Origin: Longimicrobium sp.
GTDB taxonomy: Bacteria > Gemmatimonadota > Gemmatimonadetes > Longimicrobiales > Longimicrobiaceae
Reading direction: 5' to 3'
Length of the DNA stretch: 64,000 bases
NCBI RefSeq assembly: GCF_048594345.1
Contig: NZ_JBMDXM010000289.1
Coordinates: forward strand, 456-64,455
Made by a program: the position numbers and the translations under genes. Numbering within the stretch: the stretch's first letter is position 1; every line of letters starts with the position of its first letter. The notes under the pieces are model-generated. The model was given only the letters and a program-made list of their open reading frames with translations, made no database searches and was not told the origin of the DNA. Shown piece by piece: positions 1 to 9,236 of the stretch.

Positions 1-57
1 GCCGCCGATCTGCCCCGGAAGCCGGGCGCCGTGCGGCTCCAGCTACCGACCGCCGGA

Positions 58-193
58 GTGCAATAGCATGCAATACCGGCAAAGAAAACCCACGGGAGAA
101 AACGAAGGGAAGAACCTTGTTTGTGGTGGTTTTTCCCTTTGCAATAGACGCAAGCACACGCAATAACACCCTTGACTATTGCACCCCATTGCG
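58..193. promoter_or_regulatory. array of GCAAT-core repeats (operator or arm-site-like)
   Basis: GTGCAATAG 58-66, ATGCAATAC 68-76, GCAATAG 141-147, GCAATAA 160-166; inverted CTATTGCAC 176-184 and CATTGC 188-193. Confidence 0.5.
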
Positions 194-200
194 CTAGATT
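172..200 (+). promoter_or_regulatory. sigma70-type promoter upstream of integrase
   Basis: TTGACT (172-177), 17-nt spacer, TAGATT (195-200), just upstream of the integrase ORF; spacer contains ATTGC motifs. Confidence 0.65.
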
Positions 201-250
201 AGGGGTGTAGGTTGCGTGTGCGCGTCGAAACGGAGAAAGCGAGTTTCCCC

Positions 251-1492
251 ATGGCGCGCATCAAAAATCAGTGCTGGAGCTACAACGCAGGCGAGCGCGG
301 CGAAAACTGGTGCCGTGCGTACGAGAAGGCCAAAGGCGGAATCATCATGCTGGAATGGTTCGAGACCGCCCTGGACGAGCAAGGACAGCCCGTGCGCGAT
401 CCCGAGACGGGGAAGCCCGTCAAGACCAAGCCGCGCGTCAGCTTGGGCCACAGGGACCGCGACAAGGCCGAGGCAGCCGCCAAGGCCAAGGCCGCCGAAC
501 TGCTCACCGGATCGACCACCGCCCGCGTTACGTCGCTGCGGCAGCTCATCGCCCGTTACTTGAAGGAGGTCACGCCCACCAAGAAGGAGAGCAAGCGGCT
601 ACAGGACGCCCGCAGCGAACGCGTTTTTCTGGCCTACTTCCAAGACAGGGCCAAGGCCGGAGAGAAGGAGCGCGGGCCGGAGCGCCACCCCAGCACGCTG
701 GACAAGGCCGATTGGAACGGCTTCGTTGCGGCGCGCAGAGACGGGAAGATCACCGGATGGAACCGGCGCTGCCGGGCCAGTCAGGTTCGCGGCGATCTGA
801 AATTCCTTGTCTCGGTGCTCAATTGGGCCAGCGGCGCAGACGAGGACGCGCCGTACTTCCTTGCTCGCAATCCGTGGCGCTGGGAACGCCGCAGGGCGCA
901 AAAGATGGTCATGCCCAAGGAGAAGGACCCCCGCCGCCCCGGAATGGGCGACGAGCAGCACGCCGCGCTGATGCGGCACTCTCCCAACTGGCGCTTTGCG
1001 CTGGTGGCCGTACTTTGTCGGGAGACGCTGCACCGCATGAACTCCGTGCGGCAGCTTCGCAAGCAGGACGTGGACTTCGCGCGCGGCCGGATCAACTGGC
1101 CCGCCGAATTTGACAAGACGGAGCGTGATCTTGTTAGCCCGCTCACGCCGGAAGCGCTGGAGGCCATCCAAGCAGTGCCTACCCCTTCCGTCCTGTCGCC
1201 GTGGCTGATCCCGTCCGAGCACGACCCGTCCAAGCCCGTCTCGCGGGCCGTGCTCAACAACTGGATGCAGGAGGCCAAGAAGGCCGCAGGCATCAACGAG
1301 GATCGGCTAGGGTTCCACGCTTACAAGCGGGCTGGCATCCGCACGGACGGGTTCCGCGACTTCGCGCCCAAGGTACAGGAGCGGTTGACCGGAACGAGCT
1401 ACGAAGTGTTGAAAGAAGTGTACGACCAAGTGCCGTACGAGGTGCTTGTGGAGGCGATGGAAACGCTCCGCAAGGAACGCAGAAGGGCCTAA
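251..1492 (+). CDS. tyrosine recombinase / phage-type integrase (divergent catalytic motifs)
   Basis: TLHRMNS (first Arg), LRKQDVDF, DKT (Lys), GFHAYKR, LTGT...EVY (Tyr) in tyrosine-recombinase order; N-terminal arm-binding-like region. ORF open from 212; ATG 251 chosen. Confidence 0.8.
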   Translation: MARIKNQCWSYNAGERGENWCRAYEKAKGGIIMLEWFETALDEQGQPVRDPETGKPVKTKPRVSLGHRDRDKAEAAAKAKAAELLTGSTTARVTSLRQLIARYLKEVTPTKKESKRLQDARSERVFLAYFQDRAKAGEKERGPERHPSTLDKADWNGFVAARRDGKITGWNRRCRASQVRGDLKFLVSVLNWASGADEDAPYFLARNPWRWERRRAQKMVMPKEKDPRRPGMGDEQHAALMRHSPNWRFALVAVLCRETLHRMNSVRQLRKQDVDFARGRINWPAEFDKTERDLVSPLTPEALEAIQAVPTPSVLSPWLIPSEHDPSKPVSRAVLNNWMQEAKKAAGINEDRLGFHAYKRAGIRTDGFRDFAPKVQERLTGTSYEVLKEVYDQVPYEVLVEAMETLRKERRRA

Positions 1493-1618
1493 AAGGGCCT
1501 TTGACACCAGTTGTTGACACCCTCGCTTTCCGAGGCTGGACGGGGAAACGCCCTAAGTGGCAAACTGGAAAGGACTTAGCGAGTGCAACGGCGCTTGCGC
1601 GGCCCGCCCGGTTCAACA

Positions 1619-1672
1619 ACCCCCAGGGGTTTTGGGGGAGGTGCGAGCCTTGGCGAGCGGAGGGGGCGCGCC
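1619..1672 (+). repeat. REP-like family A (CCCCCA..TTTTTGGGGGAGG..GAGCGGAGGGGGCG)
   Basis: related copies at ~2788-2852 (-), ~5695-5760 (+), ~28190-28255 (-), ~28589-28645 (+). Confidence 0.75.
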
Positions 1673-1750
1673 GCGGCCAGTTCCGCGCGCTGAACCTTCG
1701 TTCGCGTCGGCTCGTGAACCTTGGTACTTGAACCTGGGCACTGCTCTCGG

Positions 1751-2740
1751 ATGACTGTCGATACACTGACGGCTGTTTCTACCATGCGGGCGGCGCGGCT
1801 GGCGGCGCCCGGTGAGATTTCGCTGGATGAAGTCGCGCTCCCCGAGCCCGGGCCGGGGCAGGTGCGCATCCGACTGGAAGGATGCGGCGTCTGCGCCAGC
1901 AACCTTACGCCGTGGGGCGGCGCGGAGTGGATGAAGTACCCCACCGACCCCGGCGCGCTGGGGCACGAGGGGTGGGGCGTGGTGGACGCGCTGGGCGAGG
2001 GCGTAGACGGGTTCGCCGTGGGCGACCGCGTGGCGGCGCTGTCGTACAGTGCTTACGCGGAGTACGACCTGGCGGACGCATCGGCCACGGTAAAGCTGCC
2101 GGCGTCGCTGGACGGCCAGCCATTCCCCGGCGAGCCGCTGGGGTGCGCGATGAACATCTTTCGCCGCAGCGACATCCAGGCGGGGCAGACGGTGGCCATC
2201 GTCGGCATCGGCTTTCTGGGCGCGCTGCTCACGCGGCTCGCGAAGGATGCCGGCGCGCGGGTGATCGCCATCAGCCGCCGCCCGTTTTCTCTGGACGTGG
2301 CGCGGCAGATGGGCGCGGACGAGACCATCGCCATGGACGACCACTGGGCCATCATCGAAAAGGTGAAGGAGCTTACCGGCGGCGTGCTGGCGGACCGGGT
2401 GATCGAGGCGGTGGGCAAGCAGTGGCCGCTGGACCTGGCCGCGGAGATCACCAAGGAGCGGGGCCGCCTGATCATCGCGGGCTACCACCAGGACGGCCCG
2501 CGCCAGGTAAACATGCAGATGTGGAACTGGCGCGGCCTGGACGTGATCAACGCCCACGAGCGCGACCCCGAGGTCTACATCGAAGGGATCCGCATGGCGG
2601 TGGATGCCGTCGCCAGCGGCCGGCTGGATCCCACGCCGCTGTACACGCACACGTATCCGCTGGATCAGCTGGACCAGGCGCTCAACGACACCCGCGACCG
2701 GCCGGACGGGTTCCTCAAGGCGCTGGTGCGGATGGACTGA
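1751..2740 (+). CDS. zinc-binding dehydrogenase (MDR family)
   Basis: GVCAS and GHEGWG Zn motifs, GIGFLG Rossmann motif, VIEAVG; structural-Zn lobe appears absent. Confidence 0.9.
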   Translation: MTVDTLTAVSTMRAARLAAPGEISLDEVALPEPGPGQVRIRLEGCGVCASNLTPWGGAEWMKYPTDPGALGHEGWGVVDALGEGVDGFAVGDRVAALSYSAYAEYDLADASATVKLPASLDGQPFPGEPLGCAMNIFRRSDIQAGQTVAIVGIGFLGALLTRLAKDAGARVIAISRRPFSLDVARQMGADETIAMDDHWAIIEKVKELTGGVLADRVIEAVGKQWPLDLAAEITKERGRLIIAGYHQDGPRQVNMQMWNWRGLDVINAHERDPEVYIEGIRMAVDAVASGRLDPTPLYTHTYPLDQLDQALNDTRDRPDGFLKALVRMD

Positions 2741-2744
2741 GGGA

Positions 2745-3060
2745 AGTGCGGAAGTGGGGCGGGAGGTGAGGGCGAGTGTGGTGCGACCCGCGGCGCCCCC
2801 TCCGCTCGCTCAGGCTCGCACCTCCCCCAAAAAAGACTGGGGGAGGTTGGGGTGGGGCAGGCTTGAGGGCCTTTCAGACGGCTTCGCGCAGGCCCCCTCC
2901 GGGCCGGCACCACCGGCCCACCTTCCCCGAAACTGCCGGGGGAGGTTGAATGCGAGCCGCGGCTTCCGTAGCGGGATCGAATTCTCCCCTCTCCGCGAGG
3001 AACGAGCGGGGAGGGGCCGGGGGAGGGGCATACTGTCGGGCGCAGTTCGAGGCATGTCGA
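2745..3060. repeat. mosaic of REP-like palindromic modules
   Basis: family A copy plus CTCCCCTCTCCG(C/T)GAGGAACGA(G/A)CGGGGAGGGG module also present at ~28482-28515. Confidence 0.65.
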
Positions 3061-3140
3061 AATGCCTCAGTCTCCGCCCACGGGCGCAGCACGCGCAGCA
3101 TTGTAGAAGCACCGTCACGTTTACCAGGAACGAGCATCTC

Positions 3141-4193
3141 GTGACCGACGTCCTGATCCAGGCAGAATCACAGTCTCCAGAGGCGGAGCCCACTTCCGCA
3201 CTCCCGCACTCCCGCACTCCCGCACTCGGCTTCCTTGGCGTGGGCTGGATCGGCCGCCACCGCATGGAGGCCATCGCGAACTCCGGCTTCGGGCGCATCG
3301 CGGCGGTGGCGGACACGTCGGCGGAGATGATTGGTGCCGCGCGCGAGACGGCGCCGGACGCGCAGGTGGCCGACGGGCTGGACGGGCTGCTGGCGATGGG
3401 GCTGGACGGCATTGTCATCGCCACGCCCAGCGCCATGCACGCCGAGCAGTCCGTCCGCGCGCTGCAGGCCGGCACCGCCGTCTTCTGCCAGAAGCCGCTG
3501 GGCCGCACGGCCGGCGAGGTGCGCCAGGTGGTGGATGCCGCGCGCGCCGCGGACCGCCTGCTGGCCGTGGACCTGTCGTATCGCTTCACCGAGGGGATGC
3601 GCGCCATCCGCGAGCGCATCGCCCGCGGCGAACTGGGGAAGGTGTACGCGGTCGATCTGGTCTTTCACAACGCGTACGGGCCCGACAAGCCGTGGTTCTA
3701 CGATCCCGCGCTCAGCGGCGGCGGGTGCGTGATGGACCTGGGTGTCCACCTGGTGGACCTGGCGCTGTGGGCGCTGGACTTTCCTGGCGTGGAGAACGTG
3801 ACCTCGCGCCTGTTCGCGGGCGGCGAGGTGCTGGCGGGCGCGGATCGCTGCGAGGACTACGCGACGGCCCGCGTGGACCTGGCTGACGGCACCGCCGTGG
3901 ATCTCGCCTGCTCGTGGAAGGTCAGCGCGGGGCAGGACGCGGTGATCGGGGCGTCGTTCTACGGAACCGGCGGCGGTGCGGCGCTCCGGAACGTCAACGG
4001 CTCGTTCTACGACTTTACCGCGGAGGCGTACCACGGTACCAGCCGCGAGACGCTGTCTACGCCGCCGGACGAGTGGGGTGGGCGCGCCGCCGTGGACTGG
4101 GCGCGCCGGCTGAGCGAGGGCGCCCGCTTCGACCCCGCCGCCGAGCGGCTGGTGGACGTGGCCGCCGTCCTGGACCGCATCTACGGCCGATGA
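3141..4193 (+). CDS. Gfo/Idh/MocA family oxidoreductase
   Basis: GFLGVGWIG, IVIATPSAMH, FCQKPL, GGGCVMDLGVH motifs; GTG 3141 after AGGAA. Confidence 0.9.
   Translation: MTDVLIQAESQSPEAEPTSALPHSRTPALGFLGVGWIGRHRMEAIANSGFGRIAAVADTSAEMIGAARETAPDAQVADGLDGLLAMGLDGIVIATPSAMHAEQSVRALQAGTAVFCQKPLGRTAGEVRQVVDAARAADRLLAVDLSYRFTEGMRAIRERIARGELGKVYAVDLVFHNAYGPDKPWFYDPALSGGGCVMDLGVHLVDLALWALDFPGVENVTSRLFAGGEVLAGADRCEDYATARVDLADGTAVDLACSWKVSAGQDAVIGASFYGTGGGAALRNVNGSFYDFTAEAYHGTSRETLSTPPDEWGGRAAVDWARRLSEGARFDPAAERLVDVAAVLDRIYGR
3196..3227 (+). repeat. (CCGCACTC)x4 tandem repeat inside the 5' coding region
   Basis: four exact 8-bp units just before the codons for LGFLGVGWIG. Confidence 0.9.
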
Positions 4194-5299
4194 AAGTACT
4201 CCTCACCACCGACACCGTTGGCGGGGTGTGGGACCACACAGTCACCCTGGCGCGCGAGCTGGACGCGGCGGGGCACGAGGTGCTGGTCGCCGTGATCGGC
4301 GAGCCGCGCGACGAGCGGCTGGCGGCGCTGCCGGCGGGCGTGCAGGTGGTGTGGCGCGCGTACAAGCTGGAGTGGATGCAGGATGCCGCCGAGGACGTAC
4401 GCGCCGCGGGCGAGTGGCTGCGCGGCCTGGCCGACGTGTGGAGCCCCGACGTGGTGCACCTGAACCAGATCGCCTACGCGGTGCACGATTTTGCCGCGCC
4501 GGTGCTGGTGGCGGTGCACAGCGACGTCGTCAGCTGGTGGCCACACGTAAACGGCGTCGAGGCGCCGATGGACGAGTGGGGCACCTACGCCGGCTGGCTG
4601 CGCGCCGGCCTGCGCGCGGCCGACGCCGTCGTCACCCCCACCGCCTACCAGGGCGCGCTGGCGATGCGGTACTACGGCGTGGAGATCACGCGCGTCATCC
4701 ACAACGGCATCCACTTCGGGGACGAGGCGCCGCGGCCGCGCGAGGGCGGCATCGTGCTGAGCGTCGGGCGGCTGTGGGACCGCGGCAAGGGCGTGGACCT
4801 GCTGGACGAGGCCGCGCGGCTGCTGGGGGACGAGGCGCCGGAGATCCACGTGATCGGCGAGGCGACGGCGCCGCACGGGGAAACGTTCAGCGTGCGGAAC
4901 GTCACGGCGCACGGGCGGGTGGAGCGCGCGCAGGTGGACGAGTGGATGCGCCGCGCCTCCGTGTACGTGGCGCCCAGCCGCTACGAGCCGTTCGGCCTGG
5001 CGCCGCTGGAGGCGGCGCTGCACGGGTGCGCGCTGGTGCTGAGCGACATCGGCACCTTTCGCGAGCTGTGGGACGGCTGCGCCGAGTTCTTTCCCAGCGG
5101 CGACGCGCTGGCGCTGGCGCAGGCCATCCGCCGCGTCTGCAACGACGACGCGCGCCGCCAGCGCCTGGCCCGCGCCGCCGCCACCCGCGCCGCCCGCCGC
5201 TACACGGCCAGGCGCATGGCATCCGAATACATCGACCTGTACCAGCAGATGATCCGCACCCACGTCCGCCCCGCCCCCCGCACCGAGGCGGTCGCATGA
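4190..5299 (+). CDS. glycosyltransferase family 4
   Basis: MKVLLTTDTVGGVW N-terminus, VGRLWDRGKG, YEPFGLAPLEAA; ATGA overlap with upstream stop. Confidence 0.9.
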   Translation: MKVLLTTDTVGGVWDHTVTLARELDAAGHEVLVAVIGEPRDERLAALPAGVQVVWRAYKLEWMQDAAEDVRAAGEWLRGLADVWSPDVVHLNQIAYAVHDFAAPVLVAVHSDVVSWWPHVNGVEAPMDEWGTYAGWLRAGLRAADAVVTPTAYQGALAMRYYGVEITRVIHNGIHFGDEAPRPREGGIVLSVGRLWDRGKGVDLLDEAARLLGDEAPEIHVIGEATAPHGETFSVRNVTAHGRVERAQVDEWMRRASVYVAPSRYEPFGLAPLEAALHGCALVLSDIGTFRELWDGCAEFFPSGDALALAQAIRRVCNDDARRQRLARAAATRAARRYTARRMASEYIDLYQQMIRTHVRPAPRTEAVA

Positions 5300-5342
5300 G
5301 CCCGGCGTCGGCTCCGAACGGGCAACGTGCCCCCGGCCCGCG

Positions 5343-5653
5343 GGAGCGAATGAATTCGCCGCTGGACAATCGCAAAGTCCGCCCTCGCGGACTCGGCGGC
5401 CCGGCCGCGTGCGGCACTCCACACACCTGCGCGTCCGCTACCAGGGGACGACCCTGCGCATCGAACGCCATAGCCGCGCCCCGAACTTTCATTTCGAGGG
5501 AGCGCCGCGCTGCACCCTCTGTCACGCGATCGCCCGCGCGCGACCGAGAAATCTACTCGCTGCCACTCGTGGCGTTTCGCAGCGTCCCTGTCTCGCGGCC
5601 ACAGTCCGCGCAGGCGGACTTCGTGCCTTTCCAGCGGCGAATCCGTTCGCTCC
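5343..5653. repeat. inverted REP doublet (REPIN/MITE-like), family B
   Basis: 5343-5393 is an imperfect reverse complement of 5603-5653; related cores at ~18405-18447 and ~60008-60055. Confidence 0.75.
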
Positions 5654-5834
5654 TGGACCCGGCGGGTTCGCGTAACCGACTGAATCGCCCCGTACCCAAC
5701 TTCCCCCAGGGTTTTTGGGGGGAGGTGGGCGAGGTTTACGAGCCCGGAGGGGGCGCGCCGCCGGCACGATGCATGTCGCCGAGCCGCGAATCTCCAGTAG
5801 TTGACGTGCGGTCGTGCGAGGAAGGAGGGGCGCG

Positions 5835-7031
5835 ATGAAGTTCGTCTTCTTCATCCACAGCGCCGTCAGCGACTGGAACCACGGCAACGCGCACTTTGTC
5901 CGCGGGCTGATGAGCGCGCTGACGCGGATGGGGCACGGCGTAGTGAGCTACGAGCCGCGCGGCGCCTGGTCCGTGGAGAACCTGCTGCGCGACCATGGCG
6001 TGGCCCCCATCGTCGACTTTGCCCGCGCGTATCCGGAGATCGACGTCCGCGACTACGATCCCGCGTCCCCGTCGCTGAACGACGACCTGGCGCGGGCTGT
6101 CGCGGGCGCGGACGTGGTGCTGGTGCACGAGTGGAACGATCCGCGGGTGGTGAACGCGCTGCCGCCGCTGGTGCGCGCGGCCGGCGGCATCCCGCTCTTC
6201 CACGACACGCACCACCGCCCGGTGAGCGACCCCGAGTCCATCGCCCGCTTTGACCTGCGGGCGTACGACGGCGTGCTGGCGTTCGGCGACGTGCTGCGCG
6301 ACGTGTACCTGGATCGCTTCGGGGTGCGGCGCGCGTGGACGTTTCACGAGGCCGCGGACGTGGAACGCTTCCGGCCGCTCGACCTGCCGAAGTCGACCGA
6401 CGTCATCTGGATCGGCAACTGGGGCGACGAGGAGCGCACGCAGGAGCTGCGCGACTACTGGCTGGGCGCCGCGCGGCGGTATCCCGAGCTGTCGTTCGTG
6501 GCGCACGGCGTCCGCTACCCGGAGTACGCGCTGGCGGAGCTGGCCGAGGCGGGCGTGGAGTTCCGCGGCTGGGCACCGTCCGTCCACGTGCCCGCCGCCT
6601 TCGCGCGCAGCCGGGTGACGCTGCACGTGCCGCGGCGCGCGTACGTGCAGGCGCTGCGGGGCATCCCCACCATCCGCGTGTTCGAGGCGCTGGCGTGCGG
6701 CATTCCGCTGGTCAGCGCGCCGTGGCTGGATTCGGAGAACCTGTTCCGCCCCGGGGACTACGTGTCGGTGGATTCGCCCGAGGCCATGTGGCTGGCGCTG
6801 CACCGCCTGGCCACGGACGACGACGCGCGGGCGGAGCAGGCGGCGCGCGGACTGGAAACCATCCTGGCGCGGCATACGTGCGGGCATCGGGCGGAGCAGC
6901 TGCTTGGAATCGTCGAAGAGCTCGGAAGCGTCGGCGCGGCGGGTGGAACAGAAGGGAATAGCGAACAGGGAATAGGAAATAGCCTGCAAACGCAGACGGA
7001 TTCACGCTCCACGGAGGCGGCATGCACCTGA
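5835..7031 (+). CDS. CgeB-like glycosyltransferase
   Basis: SAVSDWNHGNAHFVRGL, WIGNWG, PTIRVFEALACG; GGAGG RBS. Confidence 0.85.
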   Translation: MKFVFFIHSAVSDWNHGNAHFVRGLMSALTRMGHGVVSYEPRGAWSVENLLRDHGVAPIVDFARAYPEIDVRDYDPASPSLNDDLARAVAGADVVLVHEWNDPRVVNALPPLVRAAGGIPLFHDTHHRPVSDPESIARFDLRAYDGVLAFGDVLRDVYLDRFGVRRAWTFHEAADVERFRPLDLPKSTDVIWIGNWGDEERTQELRDYWLGAARRYPELSFVAHGVRYPEYALAELAEAGVEFRGWAPSVHVPAAFARSRVTLHVPRRAYVQALRGIPTIRVFEALACGIPLVSAPWLDSENLFRPGDYVSVDSPEAMWLALHRLATDDDARAEQAARGLETILARHTCGHRAEQLLGIVEELGSVGAAGGTEGNSEQGIGNSLQTQTDSRSTEAACT

Positions 7032-8104
7032 CGTTCTTTGGCTCGTCGCTCGTTTCGTCGTACTGGAACGGCGCCGCCACGTACTACCGCGGACTCATCC
7101 GCGCGCTGCACGGCCTTGGCCACACCGTCACCTTTTGCGAGCCGGACGCGTACGACCGGCAGAAGAACCGCGACCTGGCGACGGATCCGGCATACGCGCG
7201 CGTCATCGTCTACACGACGGAGGCGGAGCGCGACGCGCTGATCGAGCAGGCGTTCGCGGAAAGCGACTGGGTGATCAAGTGCAGCGGCGTGGGCGTGTGG
7301 GACGCCGAGCTTGAAGAGGCGGTCGCCGAGCGCTCCGGCGGGCGGGCGATGACGGCGTTTCTGGACGTGGACGCCCCCGCGACGCTCGGCCGCATCGCCG
7401 CGGACCCGGCGGACCCGTTCCGCATGCACATCCCCCGCTACGACCAGGTGTTCACCTACGGCGGCGGTCCGCCGGTGGTGCAGGAGTACGAGCGCTGGGG
7501 CGCCCGGGCGTGCACGCCCATCTACAACGCGCTCGATCCGGACGAGCACCGGCCCACGGAGGGCGTTGCCGTGGAGTACGACATCCTCTTCATGGGCAAC
7601 CGCCTGCCGGACCGCGAGGCGCGGGTGGAAGAGTTCTTTTTCCGCGCCGCCGCGCTTTGCCCCGAGCACAGGTTCCTGCTCGGCGGTGAGGGGTGGGGAT
7701 GGAAGACGGACATGCCGGCGAACGTCACGTATCTTGGCCACGTCCCCACCGGCCGCCACAACGCGGTGAACGCGAGCGCGCGGCTGGTGCTCAACATCCA
7801 CCGAGACAGCATGGTGCAGAACGGGTGGAGCCCGGCCACACGCATGTTCGAGGCGGCGGGCGCGGCCAGCTGCCAGGTGACGGACGCGTGGCAGGGGATC
7901 GAAGATTTCTTCGCGCCCGGCGAGGAGATCCTGGTCGCCGCCAGCGCGGAGGAGGTGGCGCAGCTGGTGCGTTCGGTGGATGACGAGCGGGCGCGGCGCA
8001 TCGGGCGGGCGGGGCGGGCGCGCGCGCTGGCGGACCACACCTACACCCGGCGCGCGCGGCAGATGGATGCCGTGCTGCGCGCCGCGCCCGTGGAGGCCGC
8101 ATGA
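7022..8104 (+). CDS. CgeB-like glycosyltransferase
   Basis: FGSSLVSSYWNGAATYYRGL, FMGNRLPDRE, SPATRMFEAA. Confidence 0.85.
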   Translation: MHLTFFGSSLVSSYWNGAATYYRGLIRALHGLGHTVTFCEPDAYDRQKNRDLATDPAYARVIVYTTEAERDALIEQAFAESDWVIKCSGVGVWDAELEEAVAERSGGRAMTAFLDVDAPATLGRIAADPADPFRMHIPRYDQVFTYGGGPPVVQEYERWGARACTPIYNALDPDEHRPTEGVAVEYDILFMGNRLPDREARVEEFFFRAAALCPEHRFLLGGEGWGWKTDMPANVTYLGHVPTGRHNAVNASARLVLNIHRDSMVQNGWSPATRMFEAAGAASCQVTDAWQGIEDFFAPGEEILVAASAEEVAQLVRSVDDERARRIGRAGRARALADHTYTRRARQMDAVLRAAPVEAA

Positions 8105-9174
8105 AGCTCGTCGTCTTCGGCCTGACCCTCTCCTCCAGCTGGGGGAACGGCCACGCGACCACCTACCGCGCACTGCTGCGCGCCTTTGCCGCGCGGGGGC
8201 ACGAGATCGTGTTCTACGAGTGGGACGCGCCCTGGTACAGCGGCAACCGCGACCTCAAGCACCCCGGCTACGTTACCCTCAAGCTCTACGACGACTGGGC
8301 CGCCGTATCCGCCCAGGCCATCGCCGAGGCAAAGGAGGCGGACGCCATCCTCGTCGGCTCCTACGTCAAGGACGGGCCGCGGGTGATCGACGACCTGGCC
8401 GAAGCCGGCGTGGACCCGCTCTTCTTTTACGACATCGACACGCCGGTGACGGTGGCGGCGCTGCGGAGCGGCGGGGCGGAGTACCTGCGGCGCGACCAGG
8501 TGCCGCTGTTCACGCGCTACCTGTCGTTCACCGGCGGACCGTTTCTGCACCAGGTGCTGGAGGGGGAGCTGGGCGCGCGCGAGGCCCGGCCGCTGTACTG
8601 CTCGGTGGATACGGATCGCTATCACCCCACGGACGTCGATCCGCTGCTGGTGAGCGACCTGGCGTACATGGGGACGTACGCGCCCGACCGGCAGCCGGTG
8701 CTGGAGCGGTTCCTGGTAGAGCCGGCGCGGCGGATGCCGGAGCGCAGGTTCTACGTGGCCGGCCCGCAGTACCCGGACGACATCCGCTGGCCGGCCAACG
8801 TGCTGCTGAACCCGCACCTGCCGCCGTCGCTGCACGCCGCTTTCTACAGCAGCGCCCGCTGGCAGCTCAACGCCACCCGCGCCGACATGGTGCAGGCCGG
8901 CTGGTCGCCCAGCGTGCGCCTGTTCGAGGCGGCCGCCTGCGGCGCCGCCATGATCAGCGACCGCTGGCCGGGCATCGACCACTTCTTCACCCCCGGCGTG
9001 GAGATCCTGCTTCCGGAGAGCACCGAGCAGGTCATCGACATCCTCCGCACCACCCACGACGACGACCGGCGGATGATCGGCCTTGCCGCGCGCGCGCGGA
9101 TCCTGGCCGAGCACACCGCCGCGCACCGCGCGGAGGAGCTGGAGGCGCTGGTGGGGGCCGAGGCGTCGGTCTGA
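8101..9174 (+). CDS. CgeB-like glycosyltransferase
   Basis: FGLTLSSSWGNGHATTYRAL, YMGTYAPDRQ, SPSVRLFEAAACG. Confidence 0.85.
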   Translation: MKLVVFGLTLSSSWGNGHATTYRALLRAFAARGHEIVFYEWDAPWYSGNRDLKHPGYVTLKLYDDWAAVSAQAIAEAKEADAILVGSYVKDGPRVIDDLAEAGVDPLFFYDIDTPVTVAALRSGGAEYLRRDQVPLFTRYLSFTGGPFLHQVLEGELGAREARPLYCSVDTDRYHPTDVDPLLVSDLAYMGTYAPDRQPVLERFLVEPARRMPERRFYVAGPQYPDDIRWPANVLLNPHLPPSLHAAFYSSARWQLNATRADMVQAGWSPSVRLFEAAACGAAMISDRWPGIDHFFTPGVEILLPESTEQVIDILRTTHDDDRRMIGLAARARILAEHTAAHRAEELEALVGAEASV

Positions 9175-9236
9175 TTTCGCGGTGGCGCAAACGGCCTCGT
9201 GGCCGCCACCTGGATCGCGAGGTAGAACGGACAGAG

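Larger units (their letters stand above)
1..1600. mobile_element. probable terminal part of an integrative element/prophage
   Basis: integrase followed by TTGACACC direct repeats (1501, 1514) and CTAAGT-N15-ACTTAG (1553-1579); exact boundary not determinable. Confidence 0.5.

Noticed and set aside
1493-1750. tRNA/tmRNA attachment site after the integrase
   Set aside because: No T-loop or acceptor-stem/CCA fragment recognisable
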